DNA of 64,000 nucleotides. Source: Haliotis rufescens (Eukaryota). The notes under the pieces were generated by a model. It ran no database searches and had not been told where the DNA came from. It saw only the letters and a list, made by a program, of their open reading frames with translations. Shown here in pieces: positions 57,385 through 64,000 of this stretch (its first letter is position 1; each line of letters begins with the position of its first letter). The stretch spans positions 434,001 through 498,000 of the forward strand of contig NW_025964392.1 in the NCBI RefSeq assembly GCF_023055435.1. Reading direction: 5' to 3'. The position numbers were made by a program, and so were the translations under genes.

Positions 57385-58588
57385 TATGGTGCACTGACAG
57401 GAGACCTTTCACGGCCTTTTTTCCTAGGGGAATGGCTTCTTGATCGTGTGTTTTGTGGAGAAGACACATCCATGTCCTCGAACACACCAAACCTATTAAA
57501 CATAGTAACAGGATCTCTTTGACCCTTAGGGAGACGATCTGATTAACATTTGGATTTGATTTCTTAGCTGGTTTTTGGGTAGGTGTTTGAGAACTGGCAG
57601 TTTCTAAGACAATTGCTGAATTAGCAGAAAGTGAAAGTATTTCAGGTGATTCCGTTGAGGTCCATGTGTAATCTGTCTGACATCCGACAGTTGTGTGTGA
57701 AACAGGCTGGGGAACAGGCCGTGTACTTGGTCGTGAAACAGCTGCAGAGTAAGAATTTCGAACACACTGTTCTTCATCTAAAACAATTTTCTTAGCATCT
57801 TGAAAAGAGATGTTCCGCTCATGTTTGACTTTGACAACCTTTGACTCGCGTTTCCATACTGGACATTCTTTTGAGGAGGAAACATGGTTACCGCCACAAT
57901 TCACACATGAGGGATCTTTATCACACTCAGAACCATCTGCACAATTGCCACCACAGCGATGACAAGCAGCCTGTTTGTCGCATGCTCTGGAACCATGTCC
58001 ATAGTGTTGACATTTGTAGCATCTCAATGGATTTGGTATGTACATATCAACCTTGATACTACAATATCCTGCTCGAATTGAAGTTGGAAGAGTCGGAGTA
58101 CCAAAAGTAAACAGGTACGTATTGGTCTTGGTGACCTCACCATTTCTCTTTGAAGTAAACCGTTTCACAGAGAGAACATGTTGGCTTTTGAGTTCTTCAA
58201 GGATATCTTCTTCACTCATATCAGCCAGGAATCTACCTCTGTCTCGTACTATTCCCTTGCTGCTATTTAGTGACCTATGCGGAGAAACCACAACGGGAAC
58301 ATTTGCCAGTGACTTTATGGACAGAAGGCTAACTGCTCGTTTGTGTCTCTTACATTTTATCAGCAAACACCCACTACGTAGTCTTTTGGCATCATCGACG
58401 TCTCCAGCTATGCCTTGTATAGCCTTCTCAACGGCAAATGGGTTAAGCTTAAGAGGTGAACCATCCAAAGCAGAAATGACTAGAAATCTGGGCCAGTTTT
58501 CAAAAGTGACAGTAGCCTGCGGACGAACGTCCTCAGTACCAAACGAATCATCTGAATCATGGGAACGTTTTTTCATAGGGGGTTCCAT
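57377..58588 (-). CDS. LINE ORF1 with frameshifted C-terminus (403 aa)
   Basis: Nearly identical to 31914-33140 up to the deletion near 57543. Confidence 0.85.
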   Translation of the reverse strand: MEPPMKKRSHDSDDSFGTEDVRPQATVTFENWPRFLVISALDGSPLKLNPFAVEKAIQGIAGDVDDAKRLRSGCLLIKCKRHKRAVSLLSIKSLANVPVVVSPHRSLNSSKGIVRDRGRFLADMSEEDILEELKSQHVLSVKRFTSKRNGEVTKTNTYLFTFGTPTLPTSIRAGYCSIKVDMYIPNPLRCYKCQHYGHGSRACDKQAACHRCGGNCADGSECDKDPSCVNCGGNHVSSSKECPVWKRESKVVKVKHERNISFQDAKKIVLDEEQCVRNSYSAAVSRPSTRPVPQPVSHTTVGCQTDYTWTSTESPEILSLSANSAIVLETASSQTPTQKPAKKSNPNVNQIVSLRVKEILLLCLIGLVCSRTWMCLLHKTHDQEAIPLGKKAVKGLLSVHHNA

Positions 58589-59195
58589 GGTGGTAGTGAT
58601 TATGTTTCACCCTCTTGGCTCCCCACCCACCATGGAGTATGAACAAGGACGATGCCATACATCTACTGCCGCGTGTAGTTGGAAGAAACGTGTACTGTAA
58701 CTGCGCGTTTGCCATATCGAGAATGATGACAGACCACCATGTTTCGGAGATATATAATAGAGTAACTGTTGAGTCAATCAGTTGAGTAAATGGTACTCAC
58801 TAGATTATCGAAATCAGAGTTCACCAATGCAGTGAACAAATTTCATTTTTCCTGTACATATTTCATAGTCTAAGTATATCTAATTTGAATATAGTACTTT
58901 GTTCATGCATGTCATTGATCCCAATTGCGTGGATCAATTCTCATGATATTAATCACTGGATTGTCTGGTCCAGACTTGATTATTTACAGACCGCCGTCTT
59001 ATAGCTGGGTGCGGCGTTAAACAACAAACAAACCAAATAATCGAGTCCGGACCAGACAATCCAGTGATTGATTTCTTGAGCATCGAACCACGCAATTGAG
59101 ATCGATGGCATGCATCAACGAAGTCAGCTAGCCTAACCACCCAATCCCGTTAGTCACCTCTTATGACAAGCATGGGTTGTCTATGATGTTTTAGA

Positions 59196-60566
59196 TCCTG
59201 CAGGAAGCTAAGGTACTGTACGTCCCAATGATCCCCAGCGAGGTGGCCTAGCTGGGGTATTCGCAGGACGACGACCTGCCGGTACGCCTTTGATGTGTGG
59301 TGTTGTTTTTGGAGGGGATTAACTCCTTGGTAAGTGTCAAAAACTGAAATATGTACAGGAAAAATGAAATTTGTTCACTGCATTGGTGAACTCTGATTTC
59401 GATAATCTAGTGAGTACCATTTACTCAACTGATTGACTCAACAGTTACTCTATTATATATCTCCGAAACATGGTGGTCTGTCATCATTCTCGATATGGCA
59501 AACGCGCAGTTACAGTACACGTTTCTTCCAACTACACGCGGCAGTAGATTACCTTTGTATTGGTGGCTACACCTACCGAGTTGTAAAAAGGAAGAGGAAT
59601 GACTGGATCTCTTGGAAGTGCACCAACAAAGACTGTCGTTCCACAGTATCGACAGTCAATGACATCATGACGAAAGAGTCAAGTCCTCATAACCATAACC
59701 ATAACAATACAGGTAGTCCAAATGTGTACAATTTATTGTTTTTCGTCACCACAACCTGGATTGAGACAGAGAAGGAGCCTTGGAACCATTTTAACGACGG
59801 CCCTCGCACCAATAACCACCTGGAGGGATGGCATGGACGCTTAAAGAAAGTAATCGGCAAAGACCATCCCAACATCTTTGAGCTGATAAGATTTCTAGGA
59901 GCTTAACAGCAGAAGACAGAGTGTAATCTGCTACAGTACCAGGCCGGCCAGCGTCCAAAAAAGAAGAACGCAGAATCGATCAACTGAAGACCAGACAGAT
60001 CCAGAATGAAGTCAGCGTAATTTTCTTTGCTGACTCAGTGTCTCATCTTCTCAAACTGCCTTAATTGCCCATGACTTTTGTGAATCTTATATGTACGTCA
60101 TCTTGTACATATACGTTCAAATTTTTTGTAAAAAAATCAATATTCCACCCTTATTGTCTTTCTTTCGTTCGTTTCAAACCCAGTTCCACTTTTTTACTTG
60201 CTCGAGTTGTTAAAATAACACTCGATACCCATTGTTTAACTAGATTGGCGGATTAAAATATTCGCAGGACGACGACCTCACTTTTTGCTAGTTTGTTTTC
60301 ATACGACACTGGGGGTCGTCGTCCTGCGAATGAACCGCCTAGCTTTGGTTACTAGTGGCCTATAGCCCGTGTTTTAAAAACTGTATTATATGGTTATGCT
60401 CAAATATGTTTCATAAATTGTTTTTAAAAACAGCATGCATGAATTGAATTGATTATAAATATTTCTTTGCATAGATGACTCAATTGTTAACATATTAAAC
60501 TTGGTCTCGTCGCTATATGGCTGGAATAATGCCGATGCGATGTTAAATTTTTAACTCACTCACTAA
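59196..60566 (+). mobile_element. Nimb-like 3' UTR fragment hosting a MULE insertion
   Basis: TSD CTATGATGTTTTAGA (59181-59195 / 60567-60581); same family as 9361-9946. Confidence 0.82.
59254..60336 (+). mobile_element. Internally deleted Mutator-like (FLYWCH-MULE) DNA transposon
   Basis: TIRs with core ATTCGCAGGACGACGACC; TSD GCCTAGCT; remnants GGYTY...WKC...C...HNH and RTNNHLEGWHGRLK...HPNIF. Confidence 0.86.
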
Positions 60567-61164
60567 CTATGATGTTTTAGAATTTTTTTCGCAGGAAGGG
60601 AACGAGGCACTTGCTGTGTTGCCACCTTTGCAGCAGATTCATGTGTAATCCGATGCCCTCTACACAAAGGCTTAACTTTCTTATTTGCGCGGTGTATAAA
60701 AAAAGAGAACCGCGTTCCGGACATCGTAAATAACAGCTTAATATGAAATAGGTTCTGAATATGGTTATGCATGAACAACGACATCTTAAATTATATGTAA
60801 TTCCACATTATACATACCACACTTTTGATTGTTTAGATGCTCGTGTTCACTGGAAATATTTGGAATAGTCATATTCAGTATTTTGAATTAACCCAGTTCC
60901 CGGTGTTTTTTTTAACAGTACTAGTGCACCGCACACAGCCACATGTGAAACGTTGGTAGCAAAGTCATAGCAAAATGCTGAGTAGTGTGTCAGCTGTACC
61001 GAGTTCCACTGACCTTAATAATCTGTGGCATGAAAACCCGTAAAAAGATCGCTTGCATGTATCAACCAAGTCAGCGAGCCTGACCACCCGATCCCGTTAG
61101 TCGCCTTTAACGGCAAGTATGGGTTGCTGAACCTGAAGACCTATTCTACCCCGGAATTTACAAC

Positions 61165-62220
61165 GATGTATTAGCCATAGTAGATACACACATGAATATT
61201 TGTTGAGAGGTGAGGATACTACGTTTTGTATCCCTTGTGATGAGAGAACCACGGCCAAGCATGTTCTTCTTGCCTGTATTGATTTTGCCATTACAAGGGA
61301 ATCAATATTTCAAATCATCATCTCTCAAGGATTTTTTTTATAATAGTAAATTCTCCATTAGTTATTGGGTTTTTAAAATAAATAGAATTGTACAATCAAT
61401 TTTGATAATGTCTTACATAAATTATGTCTGGCTTTGTTACTGGCTGTATCCTAAAAGGGGGTTGACGTTGTGTAAAATTATTGTCCGCCTGGGAGGATAT
61501 CGTAAGTCCATGTCATTCAGAGAATATTTCTTATTACTACTCTTTTAAACGTAGAATATTTGTATTTTTACTTGTGGCTAACTTTGCATACAATCGCCAG
61601 TTGGGGAAGGGATGATGTAAATCCTGCTGGGGTCCATGCTGGTAGCAAAGGTACTTTAAGTTACGGAAGCGTAGTAGGGCCACGGTGAATTTTGTTTGTC
61701 TAAATATCTCCGACGATAGTAATTCTAGGAATTTAATTTAACTCACTCACTCATTCAAAGTTTCATCAGTCAAGGATCTTTTAAACATAAACTCGCAATT
61801 CATGCTCGGATTTGTAAAATAAATTGATCATTTTTTATGTAGATCGGAGTATGTGATTATGAACTGAGGTTGTTAGTGGCTGTACCCTTGATCGCGGATG
61901 AAGTAGCGTAATGAGTGAGTGAGTGAATATGGTTTTACGCCGCTTTTAGCAATATTCCAGCCATATCACGGCGGGGGACACCAGAAATGGGCTTCACACA
62001 TTGTACCCATGTCGGGAATCGAACCGAGGTCTTCGGCGTGACGAGCAAACGCTTTAACCACTAAGCTACCCGACCGCCCCTGAAGTAGCGTAAAATTATT
62101 GTCGCCCTGAGAGGGTGCGTCAGCCCACTTCATACAAAGTATTTAATGTATACCAGTGTTGTAATCGTAGAATATGTGCATGTTTTAATCTTTGGGTAAC
62201 CTTCTTATAAACTTACTGGC
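61165..62220 (+). mobile_element. Two adjacent degenerate Nimb-like 3' fragments
   Basis: RYTHEYLL...FCIPCDER...KHVLL remnant, 3' UTR motifs and CACT tail at ~61741-61753; second fragment starts at ~61755. Confidence 0.75.
61912..62080 (-). mobile_element. SINE family 2, full length
   Basis: TSD TGAAGTAGCGTAA (61899-61911 / 62081-62093). Confidence 0.9.
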
Positions 62221-62596
62221 TGTTTGTGTAACTCGATATGGAGTTTTTGAAATTGTGGTAACATCTCGCAGGAAGGCTTACAATCATTGTAAACATACGA
62301 AAGCCTATTTGGGCCAAATTCATTGATAACATTTTTTATTTATGAGTTGTAATAACAAGTTGTAATTACAAGTTGTAAAGGTGTATTTACAAGTTTTAAA
62401 GGTGTAATTACGACTTATAAAAAGTTGTAGTTACATGTTTATAAGGTGTTAGTCAAGTTTAAAAGATGAAAATACAAGTTTAGAAATGGAAATAACAAGT
62501 TTTGAAAGGTGTAATTATGAGTTAGAAATGTGAAATTTCACTGAATGATCGAAACATTTGAAGTTCTGTATTGCCTGGAAGGACAGACGTACAAGT

Positions 62597-64000
62597 ATGG
62601 ACGAGGACAATCAATTTTGGATGTTTGTAGATGAATTGGGCATTAAAAAGTCTGTAACTGACAAAATGAAAGAAGAGAAGGTAAGTAATATATGTTTAAG
62701 AAGAATTGACATTATGAATTCAAATTTATCTTTAATAAGGAACTAAAATTTCGTAAATGAGATGGCATAGAATTATTTTGAAAATAATTAATGAAAATAC
62801 TATTTTCTGTGTTTCTGAAAAATATTCCACCAAGGAGAAGGTTTTCAAATAAATTGCGGTAATTCTCAATGAAGTTTTGCTCTTTTTTGACAAAGAACAA
62901 GCTACTTGCCATTCTGAGAGACAAGATTGAAAACAAGAGACGAAGATCCAAAAGACAGTCAGGTTCTAAATCTACTTCAACTGTGTCAAAAGAAGTATCC
63001 TCAGAAGACAACATGCGAACCCCCAAAAAACACTTCGGAAACAGGCACACGGAAAGAATTACTAGGAAAGTAAAGTTAGGATGGATACACCGTTCGGATA
63101 AGAAAAGCATTCAGGTCAGAGAGAAAAAAGGTGGAGGTACACGTGAAATCGACGAAAGTAAAGACGCAAAACGCTCAGATATCAATGAGGTGGCAAAGAA
63201 ACTGTTTTTTCATGAAGATTCACCGCAGTTCAAACAACTGAAGAAGTATGAATGCTCTCTGTGTGACTTCAGCGAGAGAGAGCTCAGAGGCGACAAAACA
63301 ATAGAGGAGATGAACCAGGAAACAAAACTTCCTAGACCCAGATTTTACCTATTGACCACAGATCTTTCAGACTCTGCCCCTGAAACACAAGAGGACTCTG
63401 ATGACACGCTTCCTTCAATACTTCCTCCTCGAAATCCCAGCGAAATTCATCAACCACCTTTGCAATGTCATATGCTCCCCCTGAAACGTCCATGGCAACA
63501 TTATTTGGTTCTCAATCTGACACATATTTACCACCAGATAGGCATCATTCTGACCTCATCACCGCAACCCTGGAACAAAATGAAGCAGGTTATACCTCTA
63601 TGACAACCCCTTTTGTCACAAGAGACTGTGTTAAATTTTCAGACGACACATTCACCATGCAGCCAGTCCCCTTACTTCATTTGGAAGATGACAGTGACTT
63701 CAACCAGCATCAACTCCAGCATCAGGACTTTGGAAATGACCTAATGCAAGCTGCCACGAGCATCACTGGAATTTATGAAAATAGGATGGGTGCATCTGCA
63801 TGGAGTCAACCCAACGTTATTCAAGAAAAAATCGTTGTCTAAATGTTCTAAAGATTCAAGTTATAGATCCACATGGCAAAGAGGAAGCTGCAGAGGATGG
63901 TGGTCGGGTTACAAGGGACATTTTAAGCGAGTTTTGGCCGTCATTTTACCATGAATGTACTGAAGGAAAACAGTTCCATGCCTGCGACATGCCTTTGGAG
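62597..64000 (+). pseudogene. Frameshifted HECT-domain-like gene fragment, running off the window
   Basis: Putative exon MDEDNQ...MKEEK|GTAAGT; VKLGW...QVREKKGGGTR; EEAAEDGGRVTRDILSEFW...VPCLRH resembles a HECT N-lobe; frameshifts and a stop codon. Confidence 0.5.

Larger units (their letters stand above)
53519..58660 (-). mobile_element. Second near-identical copy of the 28-33.8 kb Nimb-like LINE, 5' UTR truncated
   Basis: ORF2 differs by one visible residue; 22-bp net deletion in ORF1; no TSD. Confidence 0.96.

Overview
Repeat-rich animal genomic DNA. The SINE/LINE families suggest a mollusc, possibly abalone-like; this is inference only. The left third holds the last 8 coding exons of a RYK/Derailed-type receptor tyrosine pseudokinase (+ strand, 3006-18707). 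Its introns are packed with minisatellites, several of which include or abut the splice sites, and a probable long 3' UTR follows. From ~25 kb to ~62 kb lies a nested retrotransposon cluster with two notable systems. (1) I-group (Nimb-like) LINEs with (CACT)n tails. One complete young copy (28052-33826, 13-bp TSD) begins exactly with a 58-nt minimal HDV-like ribozyme fold lacking P4. Other copies carry a covarying structured 3' UTR domain, and the 3' tail is shared with several SINEs and with a Tc1 transposase retrocopy. (2) A head-to-tail array of Tx1-clade (Keno-like) LINEs behind a promoterless 42-nt U2 snRNA 5' fragment (39089-39130). The U2 target motif AGTATC(TGTTC) recurs at the visible junctions, and a splice-acceptor-like motif plus a three-way-junction RNA precedes ORF1. 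Also present: hAT and Harbinger MITEs, a deleted MULE and a frameshifted HECT-like gene at the right end. Most ORFs in the supplied track are repeat or antisense artefacts.
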